Shown here: piece by piece, positions 17,326 through 27,032 of the stretch
Layout: every line of letters begins with the position of its first letter
Position numbering within the stretch: position 1 is the stretch's first letter
Assembly (NCBI GenBank): GCA_031385445.1
Contig: JANNBM010000024.1
Coordinates: 1,616 to 65,615 of the forward strand
Reading direction: 5' to 3'
DNA length: 64,000 nt
Source: Paracoccaceae bacterium
GTDB lineage: Bacteria > Pseudomonadota > Alphaproteobacteria > Rhodobacterales > Rhodobacteraceae
Position numbers and translations under genes: made by a program
Notes under the pieces: generated by a model
Told to the model about the DNA's origin: nothing
Seen by the model: the letters and a program-made list of their open reading frames with translations, nothing else
The model's database searches: none

Positions 17326-17359
17326 GCCGTCCCAAAGGCGGGAACGGTGGTCTTCTTGG

Positions 17360-18250
17360 TCAATTCTTGTCGGTACGGATATGCTCGAAAACGCCGTCGC
17401 GGCCCCCATGCCGCAGCCAATAATCGCGAAACCACGGCACAGCCCCTTTGCCATAGCGCCAGAAGTCGCCCCAGATCTGGCCTTCATCGGGCACCAGCTC
17501 GGCCGGGCGCGGGCGGCCGTGAAAGGCCAGAATGCGCGTGCCGGGGGGCGGGGAGCCGGGAGGGATGAAGCGGTTCACAATCGGCCCCGCCAGCACATGA
17601 CGCTTGAACGAGGTGACCCACGGATGGGGCCAAAAGCTGCGCGAGGGCACAACATGTTCCATAAAGCGCTGATCGTTGCTGATGCGGGCCACCCAACCGG
17701 CTGGATCGTCGGTCAAAAGGTGATGCGCGGCGGCCATATCCCCAAGGGTAAAGCCAAAGACCCCCGACGCGCCGCGCACCTTGGCGCGCGGGTTCAGATG
17801 GTCGATCGGGCGCTTCCACTCGCGGATCATCACCAGACGGCCCGGATGGTCGAACATCGGCGCCAAGTCGTCGCAAATCATCGAATCAAGATCGATGAAC
17901 AAGGCGCGCCCGGACAGGCCAAAAAGATCGGGCTGAAACGCCGCGATTTTGGGCCAGGCCCCGGCCGCCCAGCCCGCAGGCGGCAGGCCAAGGTCAGGGA
18001 TCACCTGACATTCGACCTCTGGCCTGATGCCGGTTGGATCATCGGTCAGGCATACAAAGCGGAAATCGCCCGCCAGATGCGCCCGCACCCCGCCGTAAAG
18101 CACGTTGACGTAATCGGGGGCATAGGCGCGGCCCCATTTCATCGTCAGAACAACTCGGCTCACGCGCGGCCCCCTATGGATAGGCGATATGTCTTCTTGC
18201 TCCAAAGCCATCCCATGGTCCAGCGCATACCCATGTCGAAATTTGATCAA
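17360..18250 (-). CDS. putative GT-A-fold glycosyltransferase (paralogue of 14080-14886)
   Basis: 296 aa. VVLTMKWGRAYAPDYVNVLYGGVRAHL..FRFVCLTDD and FIDLD align with the 14080-14886 product. The start is uncertain; ATG 18211 is also possible. Confidence 0.55.
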   Translation of the reverse strand: MIKFRHGYALDHGMALEQEDISPIHRGPRVSRVVLTMKWGRAYAPDYVNVLYGGVRAHLAGDFRFVCLTDDPTGIRPEVECQVIPDLGLPPAGWAAGAWPKIAAFQPDLFGLSGRALFIDLDSMICDDLAPMFDHPGRLVMIREWKRPIDHLNPRAKVRGASGVFGFTLGDMAAAHHLLTDDPAGWVARISNDQRFMEHVVPSRSFWPHPWVTSFKRHVLAGPIVNRFIPPGSPPPGTRILAFHGRPRPAELVPDEGQIWGDFWRYGKGAVPWFRDYWLRHGGRDGVFEHIRTDKN

Positions 18251-18323
18251 ATTCCGTCGCCCAACCGCTTGCGCCGAAGGCGTCTGACTGTCAGATTGGC
18301 GCTGTCAAACAAGGGGGCAATCC

Positions 18324-19784
18324 ATGATCATCCGTCGCGAGTTTTATATCAACGGCAAATGGGTCGCCCCGGCTGTACCGCGCGATTGCAATGTGATCGA
18401 CCCCTCGAATGAAGAGGTTTGCGCCGTGATCTCGCTGGGATCGCAGGCCGATACCGACGCCGCCGTCGCCGCCGCAAAGGCCGCCTTTGCCGGATGGGCC
18501 GCCACGCCCCCCGCCGCCCGCCGCGCGGTTGTGGTGAAAATACTGGAGCAGTACGAGGCCCGAAAAGAAGAGCTTGCGCAGGCGATTGCCATGGAAATGG
18601 GCTCGCCGCTGGATCATGCGCGCGGCAGCCAGGCGCCCTGCCTGCCGTGGCACACCCATAACTTTCTGACCGCGTTTGACCATATCGAATGGGTTCGCCC
18701 GCTGGGCCCTGACGCGCCGAATGACCGTTTGGCGTTGGAACCCATTGGGGTGGTCGGGCTGATCACGCCGTGGAACTGGCCGATGAACCAGATCGCGCTG
18801 AAGGCCATTCCGGCGATTTTGGCGGGCTGCACCTGCGTTCTGAAACCGTCCGAAGAATCACCTCTGAACGCGATGATCTTTGCCGAGTTCTGCCATGATG
18901 CGGGCCTTCCGCCGGGGGTTTTCAACCTTGTGAACGGCGATGGTCCGGGTGTGGGCAGCCAACTGTCCACCCATCCCGACGTCGAAATGATCTCTTTCAC
19001 CGGATCGACGCGCGCCGGAAAGGCGATCTCGGTCGCCGCCGCGCAAACGCTGAAGCGGGTGACGCTGGAACTTGGCGGCAAGGGCGCGAACGTGATTTTC
19101 GCCGATGCCGACGATAAAGCTGTGGAGCGCGGCGTGCGTCATATGATGGACAACACCGGCCAATCGTGCAACGCGCCCAGCCGCATGTTGGTGCAGCGCG
19201 GGGTCTATGACCGTGCGGTCGAGATCGCGGCGCAGGTGGCGGACGGCATCAAGGTTGGCTCGGCGCATGAGGATGGCAATCACATTGGCCCGGTGGTGAA
19301 CAAACGCCAGTGGGAGCAGATCCAGGGCTATATCCAAAAGGGCATCGATGAGGGTGCGCGGCTGATCGCGGGCGGCCCCGGCCTGCCCGAGGGGTTCAAC
19401 CGGGGCTTTTACATCAAGCCGACGGTTTTCGCCGATGTGGTCCCCGGTATGACGATTGAGGCCGAGGAAATCTTTGGCCCGGTGCTGTGCATGATCCCCT
19501 TTGATACCGAAGAGGACGCGGTGCGCATCGCCAATGACACGCCCTACGGGCTGGCCAATTATGTTCAAACCCAGGACGGTGCCAAGCGCAACCGCATGGC
19601 GCTGCGGCTGAAGGCGGGGATGGTGCAGACCAACGGCAAAAGCCGTGCGGCAGGCTCGCCCTTTGGCGGCATGAAATCGTCTGGGCGGGCGCGGGAAGGC
19701 GGGATTTTGGGGCTCGAAGAGTTTCTGGAGGTCAAGGCGATCTCTGGCTGGGACCCGGCAGCCGAGGCGAGCGCCGCCGAATGA
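18324..19784 (+). CDS. NAD(P)-dependent aldehyde dehydrogenase
   Basis: 486 aa. FTGSTRAGK, ELGGKGANVIF and a catalytic Cys region (NTGQSCNAPSR). Confidence 0.9.
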   Translation: MIIRREFYINGKWVAPAVPRDCNVIDPSNEEVCAVISLGSQADTDAAVAAAKAAFAGWAATPPAARRAVVVKILEQYEARKEELAQAIAMEMGSPLDHARGSQAPCLPWHTHNFLTAFDHIEWVRPLGPDAPNDRLALEPIGVVGLITPWNWPMNQIALKAIPAILAGCTCVLKPSEESPLNAMIFAEFCHDAGLPPGVFNLVNGDGPGVGSQLSTHPDVEMISFTGSTRAGKAISVAAAQTLKRVTLELGGKGANVIFADADDKAVERGVRHMMDNTGQSCNAPSRMLVQRGVYDRAVEIAAQVADGIKVGSAHEDGNHIGPVVNKRQWEQIQGYIQKGIDEGARLIAGGPGLPEGFNRGFYIKPTVFADVVPGMTIEAEEIFGPVLCMIPFDTEEDAVRIANDTPYGLANYVQTQDGAKRNRMALRLKAGMVQTNGKSRAAGSPFGGMKSSGRAREGGILGLEEFLEVKAISGWDPAAEASAAE

Positions 19785-20506
19785 GAATTGCCGCCCTGTC
19801 CGACATTCATGGCAATGCGGACGCACTGGCGGCGGTTCTGAGCGATCTTCGGGGCCAGTCGCCTGACCAGATATTTAACCTCGGCGATTGCTTTTCGGGG
19901 CCATTGGATGTGGTGCGGACGGCGGACCTTCTGGCGGACTTGGGTGCGTCGACGGTGTGCGGCAACCATGACCGCGCCCTGATCGGCGGCGGGGTTCACG
20001 ACCTTTGGGACAGGGCGGCGGCGCCCTTGATGCCGCAAACGGCGCTGGATTGGATCACGGGCCTGCCCATGACCTTGCAGTCCGGGCCGATCTTTGCCTG
20101 CCACGCCGCCCCCCATGACGACGCCACCTTCTGGACCGAAGCCATGGTGGCGGGGCAGCCGCAGCGCGCGCCACTCGCCCGGATTACGGCCCACGCGGGC
20201 GATATTCAGGCCGAGGTTCTGCTGTGCGGTCACACCCATGTTGCCCGCACAGTCCAGCTGGCCGACGGGCGGCTGGTGGTCAATCCCGGATCGGTCGGCT
20301 GTCCGGGGTTTTACGATCCCGACACCGCCCCGCCTTACCGGATGAGCGTCGGCGTTTCCCATGCCCTTTATGCGATTCTGGACCGTGGGCCGATGGGCTG
20401 GACCGTCAGCCACCGGCAGGTGCCCTATGACACAGCCCCCAACATGGCCCGCGCCGCCACATTTCCCGATTGGGTGGCGGCGCTTGGCTCGGGCTGGGTC
20501 ACCTAA
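19781..20506 (+). CDS. metallophosphoesterase family protein
   Basis: 241 aa. MRIAALSDIHGN, GNHD and GHTH motifs. ATGA overlap with the dehydrogenase gene. Confidence 0.8.
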   Translation: MRIAALSDIHGNADALAAVLSDLRGQSPDQIFNLGDCFSGPLDVVRTADLLADLGASTVCGNHDRALIGGGVHDLWDRAAAPLMPQTALDWITGLPMTLQSGPIFACHAAPHDDATFWTEAMVAGQPQRAPLARITAHAGDIQAEVLLCGHTHVARTVQLADGRLVVNPGSVGCPGFYDPDTAPPYRMSVGVSHALYAILDRGPMGWTVSHRQVPYDTAPNMARAATFPDWVAALGSGWVT

Positions 20507-20524
20507 CCAAACGAAAGGCCGCCG

Positions 20525-22501
20525 GTGTCCGCCCATCCCCGCCTGATGCAACCCTTAAATCTGCGCGGCCACACTCTGCGCAACCGCATCGTTTTTGGCG
20601 CGCATACTGCCAACATGTCGGATGCCGGGCTGCCGGGGCCGCGGGTCAAGGCCTATCTGGCCGAGCGCGCGCTCGGCGGGGCGGCGATGGTGGTGTCTGA
20701 ACCTGTGCCGGTTCACCGCACCGGGGTTTTGACGCGGGGCAATTACCTTGTTGGCGACGATGCGGTGATCCCCGGCTTTCGCGCGGCCACGGATGCGGTG
20801 AAAGAGGCGGGCGCCGTGGTGATCCAGCAGCTTTACCACATCGGCGCGCATGGTGACGGCGATCTGTCCTTTGCGCCCAACTGGTCACCCTCGGGCGCCC
20901 CGTCGTACCACGACAGCGACGGCAGCCATCAGATGACCGAGGCCGAAATCGAGGACCTGCTGGAGGCCCACACCAGCGCCGCCCGCCGCGCCAAGGCGGG
21001 CGGTTTTCAGGGCGTCGAGGTTTGGGCGGCCTACCACTCGTTGCTTGATCAGTTCTGGACCCCGTGGAGCAACACCCGCGATGACCGTTGGGGTGGATCG
21101 CTGCAAAACCGCACCCGGTTCTCGCGCGAGGTGATCGAACGCATCCGGCGCGCCTGCGGCGAAGAGTTCATCGTCGGGCTTGCGGTCAGCTATTCCCCCG
21201 GCTTCGATGTGACGCTTTCGGCGGAATCCTTGTGCGAAATCATTAGCTTGCATGACGAGACGGGGCATGTGGATTATGTAACAGTCGGCTATGGCAGCTA
21301 TTTGGAATTTGACGGGATCATCCCCGCTTTTACCCAGGGCGAAAAGCTGACCACGCCGTTGACTGCGCAGCTCAAAGCGCTTTCGCGGCATGCTGTGATC
21401 ACCTCCGAGGCGGGGGTGCGCACGCCAGACAATGCCGAGGCGATTATCGCCAGCGGGCAGGCCGATCTGGTGTCGATCGTGCGCGGGCAGATTGCCGATC
21501 CGCATCTGGCGCGCAAAACCATGGAAGGCCGCGCCGAGGATATTCGCGGCTGCATTTCGTGCAATCAGATGTGCTGGGGCCGTCGCAGCCGCGATTACTG
21601 GATTTCCTGTCTGATCAACCCCTCGGTCGGCCGGGAGTTTGAATGGGGGGGCGACCGGTTTGAACCGGCCATGGTGCCGCGCGATGTGCTGGTCGTGGGT
21701 GCGGGGCCGGCGGGGCTGGAAGCCGCCCGCGTGGCGGGCGAGCGTGGGCATAGAGTTGAAATTGTCGAAGCTTTGCAAGTGGTTGGCGGGCAGTTCCGGT
21801 TGGCGGGGATGCAGCCGCGCCGGGCGCAGATCCTGGATCTGATGGCGTGGTACGAGCGGCAGTTTGCGCGTCTGGGCGTGACCCTGCGGCTGAACACCTT
21901 TCTGGACGCGGACGAAATAGCGGCGCACCCGGCACAGGTGGTGATCCTTGCCACCGGGTCCTTGCCCGACGAGGACGGCTTTCAGCGCTGGCAGCCGCAG
22001 CACAAACGTCTGCCGGGGATTGATCTGGGCGGCGTGTGGTCGCCCGAGGCGGTGCTGCGGCGCGAGGCGCGGATGGGCGATGCGGTGGTGGTCTATGACG
22101 AAGGGTCGAACTGGCGCGGGGTGGGGACGGCTTGGGCGCTGGCCGAGCAGGGCAAAAAGGTGGTGATCGTGACGCCCGAACCCTTTGTCGGGCGCGAGAT
22201 TGCGCGCACGGCGGCGGACGGCGCGGCGCGGCGGCGCCTGGCGCAGCTGGGCGCGGTATTCATGACCGAACATTGCCTGACCGGCTGGTATGGCAACGGC
22301 GTTGGCGTGCGCAATATGCTGACCGGGGACGAGCAGGTGCTGCCGACGTCGGCGCTGGTGATGGCCACCACGAACCGCGCGTTTGATCCATGGCCCGAGA
22401 CGTTTGCGGGCAAGCAGACCCACCGTATCGGTGATTGCACCGCGCCGAGGCTGGCGGCCTTTGCGTTTTACGAGGGCCGAAAGCTGGGGCGCGAGATTTA
22501 G
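20525..22501 (+). CDS. OYE-like NADH:flavin oxidoreductase fused to FAD/NAD(P) reductase domain (2,4-dienoyl-CoA reductase / amine dehydrogenase family)
   Basis: 658 aa. N-terminal TIM-barrel OYE part, Fe-S motif CISCNQMCWGRRSRDYWISC, then VLVVGAGPAGLEAA. GTG start with GAAAGG upstream; ATG 20546 is an alternative. Confidence 0.85.
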   Translation: MSAHPRLMQPLNLRGHTLRNRIVFGAHTANMSDAGLPGPRVKAYLAERALGGAAMVVSEPVPVHRTGVLTRGNYLVGDDAVIPGFRAATDAVKEAGAVVIQQLYHIGAHGDGDLSFAPNWSPSGAPSYHDSDGSHQMTEAEIEDLLEAHTSAARRAKAGGFQGVEVWAAYHSLLDQFWTPWSNTRDDRWGGSLQNRTRFSREVIERIRRACGEEFIVGLAVSYSPGFDVTLSAESLCEIISLHDETGHVDYVTVGYGSYLEFDGIIPAFTQGEKLTTPLTAQLKALSRHAVITSEAGVRTPDNAEAIIASGQADLVSIVRGQIADPHLARKTMEGRAEDIRGCISCNQMCWGRRSRDYWISCLINPSVGREFEWGGDRFEPAMVPRDVLVVGAGPAGLEAARVAGERGHRVEIVEALQVVGGQFRLAGMQPRRAQILDLMAWYERQFARLGVTLRLNTFLDADEIAAHPAQVVILATGSLPDEDGFQRWQPQHKRLPGIDLGGVWSPEAVLRREARMGDAVVVYDEGSNWRGVGTAWALAEQGKKVVIVTPEPFVGREIARTAADGAARRRLAQLGAVFMTEHCLTGWYGNGVGVRNMLTGDEQVLPTSALVMATTNRAFDPWPETFAGKQTHRIGDCTAPRLAAFAFYEGRKLGREI

Positions 22502-22526
22502 CGTTGATTGGGGGGGAGCCGCGCCT

Positions 22527-24152
22527 TTACCCCACCCGTGCGAAACTGCTGGCACTCGCCAGCGCCCAGGCCTCGTGAAAACGCGGGCTGGAGGCGGGGT
22601 CAGCCAAAAGCTGTCCCGGTTCCAGCATCTCGTATTGCTCGGCAAAGGAAATCACCCGGTCAGACGAGGCACGGCGCAGAAAATGATGCGGGCGCAGGTC
22701 GGCAGGCTGCGTCAGCCCCGCCGCCGCCACCAGTTCGGACAGCGCGTGCAGGGTGTTGTGGTGAAAATTCGTCACCCGCAGCGCCTTGTCGGGCACGACC
22801 AACGCGCGCTGGCGCACTGGGTCTTGGGTGGTCACGCCGGTTGGGCACATGCCGGTATGGCAGGACTGCGCCTGAATGCAGCCGACCGCGAACATGAACC
22901 CGCGCGCGGCATTGCACCAATCCGCCCCCAGGGCCAAAATCCGCGCCATATCAAAGGCCGAGGTGATCTTGCCGCTGGCCCCGATCTTGATCCGGTCCCG
23001 CAGACCGACCCCGACCAGCGCGTTATGCGCAAAGGTCAGACCGTCGCGCAAAGGCATGCCAACGTAGTCCATGAACTCCAGTGGCGCGGCCCCCGTGCCG
23101 CCCTCTTTGCCATCGATCACAATGAAATCGGGGGTGATGCCGGTTTCCAGCATCGCCTTGCAGATCGCCATGAATTCCCAGTTGTGGCCAATACAAAGCT
23201 TGAACCCCGCCGGTTTGCCGCCCGAAAGCTCGCGCATCCGGGCCACCATTTCCAACAGGCCCACCGGGGTTGAAAACGCCGAATGCGCGGCCGGCGAAAC
23301 GCAATCCTGCCCCATCGGCACACCGCGGATCGCCGCAATTTCAGCCGAAACCTTGGCCGCTGGCAGCACGCCGCCATGGCCCGGTTTGGCCCCTTGCGAC
23401 AGCTTCAACTCCACCATCTTGATCTGTTCATCCTGCGCCGTGGCGGCAAACCGCGCCGGATCGAAGCCGCCCGCATCGGCGCGGCAGCCGAAATAGCCTG
23501 ACCCCACCTCCCACACCAGATCGCCGCCAAACTCGCGGTGATAGGGTGACACGCCGCCCTCGCCCGTGTCGTGAAAGAACTTGCCCGCCTGCGCGCCCTT
23601 GTTCAGGGACCGGATCGCATTGGCGGACAGCGCCCCATAACTCATCGCAGAAATGTTCAGCAGGGACGCCGAATAGGCCCGCGTGCCCTGACCAATCGTC
23701 ACCCGCATCTGATCGACAGGCTGTCCGGGCGCGGGGGCCAGCGAATGGTGCAGCCATTCGTATTGTTCCTGATAGACGTCGAACATCGTGCCGAAGGGCC
23801 GCTTGTCCAGATCCTTTTTGGCGCGCTGATAAACGATCGCCCGCTTGTCCCGTGGAAACGGCGCGCCGTCCTTGTCGCCTTCAAAGAAATATTGCCGCAT
23901 CTCGGGGCGGATTTCTTCCAAAAAGAACCGGATATGGGCGAGGATGGGATAATTTCGCAGGATGGCGTGGCGGGTTTGGCGCAGGTCGTGCAGGCCCAAA
24001 GCGGCAAGCGCCGACAGAGCCAAAGCCACAGGCATGTAAAAAACGACATGCCCGCCGTCCAAGGCTGACAGCGCGAAAAACAGCAGCGCCCCGAGCAAAG
24101 ACAGGGTCAACGCCGCAAAGCGGGGTTCAAACAGGGATCGCCAGAAGAACAT
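22527..24152 (-). CDS. FMN-binding glutamate synthase family protein (GltB domain-2-like) with N-terminal membrane helices
   Basis: 541 aa with two N-terminal hydrophobic helices. KLSQGAKPGHGGVLP and VIDGKEGGTGAAP are the glutamate-synthase FMN-domain motifs. Confidence 0.8.
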   Translation of the reverse strand: MFFWRSLFEPRFAALTLSLLGALLFFALSALDGGHVVFYMPVALALSALAALGLHDLRQTRHAILRNYPILAHIRFFLEEIRPEMRQYFFEGDKDGAPFPRDKRAIVYQRAKKDLDKRPFGTMFDVYQEQYEWLHHSLAPAPGQPVDQMRVTIGQGTRAYSASLLNISAMSYGALSANAIRSLNKGAQAGKFFHDTGEGGVSPYHREFGGDLVWEVGSGYFGCRADAGGFDPARFAATAQDEQIKMVELKLSQGAKPGHGGVLPAAKVSAEIAAIRGVPMGQDCVSPAAHSAFSTPVGLLEMVARMRELSGGKPAGFKLCIGHNWEFMAICKAMLETGITPDFIVIDGKEGGTGAAPLEFMDYVGMPLRDGLTFAHNALVGVGLRDRIKIGASGKITSAFDMARILALGADWCNAARGFMFAVGCIQAQSCHTGMCPTGVTTQDPVRQRALVVPDKALRVTNFHHNTLHALSELVAAAGLTQPADLRPHHFLRRASSDRVISFAEQYEMLEPGQLLADPASSPRFHEAWALASASSFARVG

Positions 24153-24232
24153 GGGGCCACCTTTCCCGGTGCATCAGACGCCAAAGGCATTGAGACAAGG
24201 TTAACGCCGCTTTGGGGCACAAAAGCCAGCCC

Positions 24233-24898
24233 TTAGAACGGGCAGGACGCCTCAAATCGGACCAACGCATTGGTATCGGGGTGATGGAGCGCCAGCGTTT
24301 CGGCGTGCAGCATCAGACGCGGCCAGGCGGCGGCCCCCGCCACATCATAAATCGGATCGCCCAGAATCACATGGCCAAGCGCCTGCATATGCACCCGCAG
24401 CTGATGGCTGCGCCCGGTCAGCGGCGACAGGCGAAGGCGCGTCTCGCCCTCGCCGCGCGCGATCACCTGCCAGTCGGTCTGCGCGGGGCGGCCGTTTTCA
24501 TGGTCAATCATCTGGCGCGGGCGGTTGGGCCAATCAGACCCCATCGGCAGGTCAATATGCCCGGCCTCGCCAGCGACCTCGCCCTTCACCCGCGCGAGAT
24601 ACGTTTTCTGCGCCCGGCGCTTTTCAAATTCCTGCCCCAAAAATCCCTGCGCCTGTTTGGTGCGCGCAAAGATCATCACGCCCGAGGTGTCACAGTCCAG
24701 CCGGTGCACCAAAAGCGCATCCCAGCGCGCCGCCTGCAGCCGCCCGATCATACAGTCGCTGCGGCCTTCCAACTTGCCCGGAACCGAGAGCAGACCAGCG
24801 GGTTTGTCGACGACGACCAGATGCTTGTCTTCGTACAGCACCGCCAATGGCACATCGGGGGGATTGTAAATGAAATCGGGCAGCAAAGGGCGGATCAC
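24233..24898 (-). CDS. RluA family pseudouridine synthase
   Basis: 221 aa. The catalytic motif is HRLDCDTSGVMIFA. The GTG start overlaps the upstream stop (GTGA). Confidence 0.85.
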   Translation of the reverse strand: MIRPLLPDFIYNPPDVPLAVLYEDKHLVVVDKPAGLLSVPGKLEGRSDCMIGRLQAARWDALLVHRLDCDTSGVMIFARTKQAQGFLGQEFEKRRAQKTYLARVKGEVAGEAGHIDLPMGSDWPNRPRQMIDHENGRPAQTDWQVIARGEGETRLRLSPLTGRSHQLRVHMQALGHVILGDPIYDVAGAAAWPRLMLHAETLALHHPDTNALVRFEASCPF

Positions 24899-25791
24899 AG
24901 GATTTTATGCCCAGCTTCCACAAGCTTTTCAGACAGATAGCTGATATGCGTCGGTCCCACTTCGCAGCAACCACCGACAATTGTGGCCCCCATTGCCACC
25001 CATTCCATCGCAAACGCGGCGTATTTTTCGGGGGTCAGATCGTGGCGATGGGTCAACTCCTTGACCGTCGGCGCGTCCTTCAGAAAATTCCCCGAAATAT
25101 GGGTAAAGCCGTTGGCATAGGCGCCGAAGGGCAAGCCAAACGGTTTCAGCCCGGCCATCGCCGCCGCCATCGCCTCGGGAACCGAGCAGTTCGCCAGAAC
25201 CGCCGCCACCGGATAGGCCGCCAGAACCCGCGCCAGATCGGCAATCTTTTCGCCCGAGCGCAGGCTCGATCCGTCGTGATCATCGACCGATATGGACAAC
25301 CAGACCGGCTTGCCCGCCGCCTGCGCGCCCTTGACCGCGCCTTCGCACATCTCGATCGAGGCCATGGTTTCGATCAGGATCACATCAACATGTGGCCCAA
25401 GGATCGCGGCAATTTCGGCATATTTCGGGGCGGCTTCGGCCACGGGTTGGGTCACTTCAGGCCGATAAGACCCCACCAGCGGCCCCATCGAGCCCGCAAT
25501 CAGCCCCCGGCCATGCGCGCCGCGCGCCTCATGCGCCTCGGCCAATGCGCGCAGGTGCAGGGCGTGGAACATATGGTCCAGCTCGAACCGTTCCAGCCGG
25601 TCATGGTGGATGGCATAGGTGTTTGTGGTGGCCGCGCTCGCCCCGGCTGCGAAATAATCAGCGTGAATATCGCGTACCATGCCGGGATGGTCGATCATCA
25701 CGCGGGTGGCCCAAAGCGGCGTCGGTTCATCCCCCGAACGGGCCACCAATTCCTGCCCCATGCCGCCGTCCAAAAGGGTGATCATCGCCAT
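24895..25791 (-). CDS. homocysteine S-methyltransferase family protein
   Basis: 298 aa. LLDGGMGQEL at the N-terminus and GGCCEVGPTHI (zinc-binding Cys pair) at the C-terminus. Confidence 0.8.
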   Translation of the reverse strand: MAMITLLDGGMGQELVARSGDEPTPLWATRVMIDHPGMVRDIHADYFAAGASAATTNTYAIHHDRLERFELDHMFHALHLRALAEAHEARGAHGRGLIAGSMGPLVGSYRPEVTQPVAEAAPKYAEIAAILGPHVDVILIETMASIEMCEGAVKGAQAAGKPVWLSISVDDHDGSSLRSGEKIADLARVLAAYPVAAVLANCSVPEAMAAAMAGLKPFGLPFGAYANGFTHISGNFLKDAPTVKELTHRHDLTPEKYAAFAMEWVAMGATIVGGCCEVGPTHISYLSEKLVEAGHKIL

Positions 25792-25794
25792 TGT

Positions 25795-26421
25795 CTACTC
25801 CATCCAGATCAATTTCCCGGCAAGCGCCACAAAGACCAGCGCCGCAATCCGGTTCAGGATGCTTAAGCGTTGCGACAGAAATTGACCAGACAGCCCGGCA
25901 AGAAGGCCGTAGCCTGCGGTAACAAACGTGCCGGTCAGGGTGAAGATCAGGCCGAGGCCAAAGATTTGCCAGCCGACAGGGCCAAGGGCGGGGTTGGCAA
26001 AGGGGGTCAGAAAAACGAAGATGAAAAGCACGGTCTTTGGGTTGGCAAGGTTGACCCAGAAGGCGCCGCGCAGGGCCTTGGCCGCCGCCCCGGCGCCGGT
26101 TTTCAGGGTTGAGGCGGGCGGTGCGGTCCAGCTTTTCCAAGCGACATAAAGCAGATAGGCCGCCCCGCCCAGGCGCAGAACGCTCAGGCTGGCCGGATGG
26201 GCCCGCACCAGCGCGGCAAGGCCAAGGGCGGCGAGCGAGACGTTCACCAGCGAGCCGATCCCGGTGCCAATCCCCGCCGCCACCCCGGCGCGCGGGCCAC
26301 CTTGCAGGCCGCTCGCGGCGGCGAAAAGCACGTCCGAGCCGGGCGCAAAGTTCAGCGCCAGCCCGGCGAGGGTGAAGGCAATCAGATCGGGCCAGGGCAG
26401 GGGGAACAAAAGCTGCAGCAT
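25795..26421 (-). CDS. LysE family amino-acid exporter
   Basis: 208 aa from ATG 26421. Six-helix profile, with FTLAGLALNFAPGSDV resembling the LysE/RhtB N-terminal motif. Confidence 0.8.
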   Translation of the reverse strand: MLQLLFPLPWPDLIAFTLAGLALNFAPGSDVLFAAASGLQGGPRAGVAAGIGTGIGSLVNVSLAALGLAALVRAHPASLSVLRLGGAAYLLYVAWKSWTAPPASTLKTGAGAAAKALRGAFWVNLANPKTVLFIFVFLTPFANPALGPVGWQIFGLGLIFTLTGTFVTAGYGLLAGLSGQFLSQRLSILNRIAALVFVALAGKLIWME

Positions 26422-26512
26422 GGGGACACAATCGGGGCGCGGGCGGCACAAATCAAGACTTGTCATTTGACGGGGCAGGCGGGGCGCGTCACGTTCGTTC
26501 CAGAGGTGCCTC

Positions 26513-26938
26513 ATGGATTACGAAACCATCCCCGCCGCCGAATTTGGCCATTCCCTGACCGCGATCACGGTGAACCTTTTGTGCCGAGACGTCGGGCGCG
26601 AGGTGGCGTTTGTGGTGCAAGTCTTCGGGATGACCGCCCACCAAACCTCTGCCGATTTCGCGCTTGTTTTGCATGGCGGCCAGCCGCTTCAACTGCATTC
26701 CGACGCCGCCTATCGCAATCATCCCTTGCCCTCGCTGCTGCCCGAATCCGGCCCGCGCGGCGGCGGGATCGAGGTGCGCCTGCACGAGGCGGACCCGGAC
26801 GAGGCGGCGGCGCGGGCGGCGGTGTTTGCCGGCGCGGTGGTGCTTCAGCCGCCGATCGACAAGCCCGCCCATGGCTTGCGCGAGGCGGTGATCCTGTCGC
26901 CCTCAGGCTATGCCTTTGTGCCCTCGCGGCGGATTTAG
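26513..26938 (+). CDS. VOC (glyoxalase/bleomycin-resistance fold) family protein
   Basis: 141 aa. The size and beta-alpha-beta-beta-beta-like pattern suggest VOC. No diagnostic motif; a weak call. Confidence 0.5.
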   Translation: MDYETIPAAEFGHSLTAITVNLLCRDVGREVAFVVQVFGMTAHQTSADFALVLHGGQPLQLHSDAAYRNHPLPSLLPESGPRGGGIEVRLHEADPDEAAARAAVFAGAVVLQPPIDKPAHGLREAVILSPSGYAFVPSRRI

Positions 26939-27032
26939 CCGGGATTGGTTTTCACAAAAAAAGAATACCGGGAACCGCGTTCGAGCGTGCTGTGCGGCAG
27001 TGATTTCCGGTTTCGGTGAAATCCATCCCGCC

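Noticed and set aside
24233-26421. A LysE exporter, a homocysteine methyltransferase and an RluA pseudouridine synthase joined by a 3-nt gap and a GTGA overlap, as a possible functional system.
   Set aside because: Tight packing alone is the norm here. There is no mechanistic link or shared motif that I can support from the sequence.
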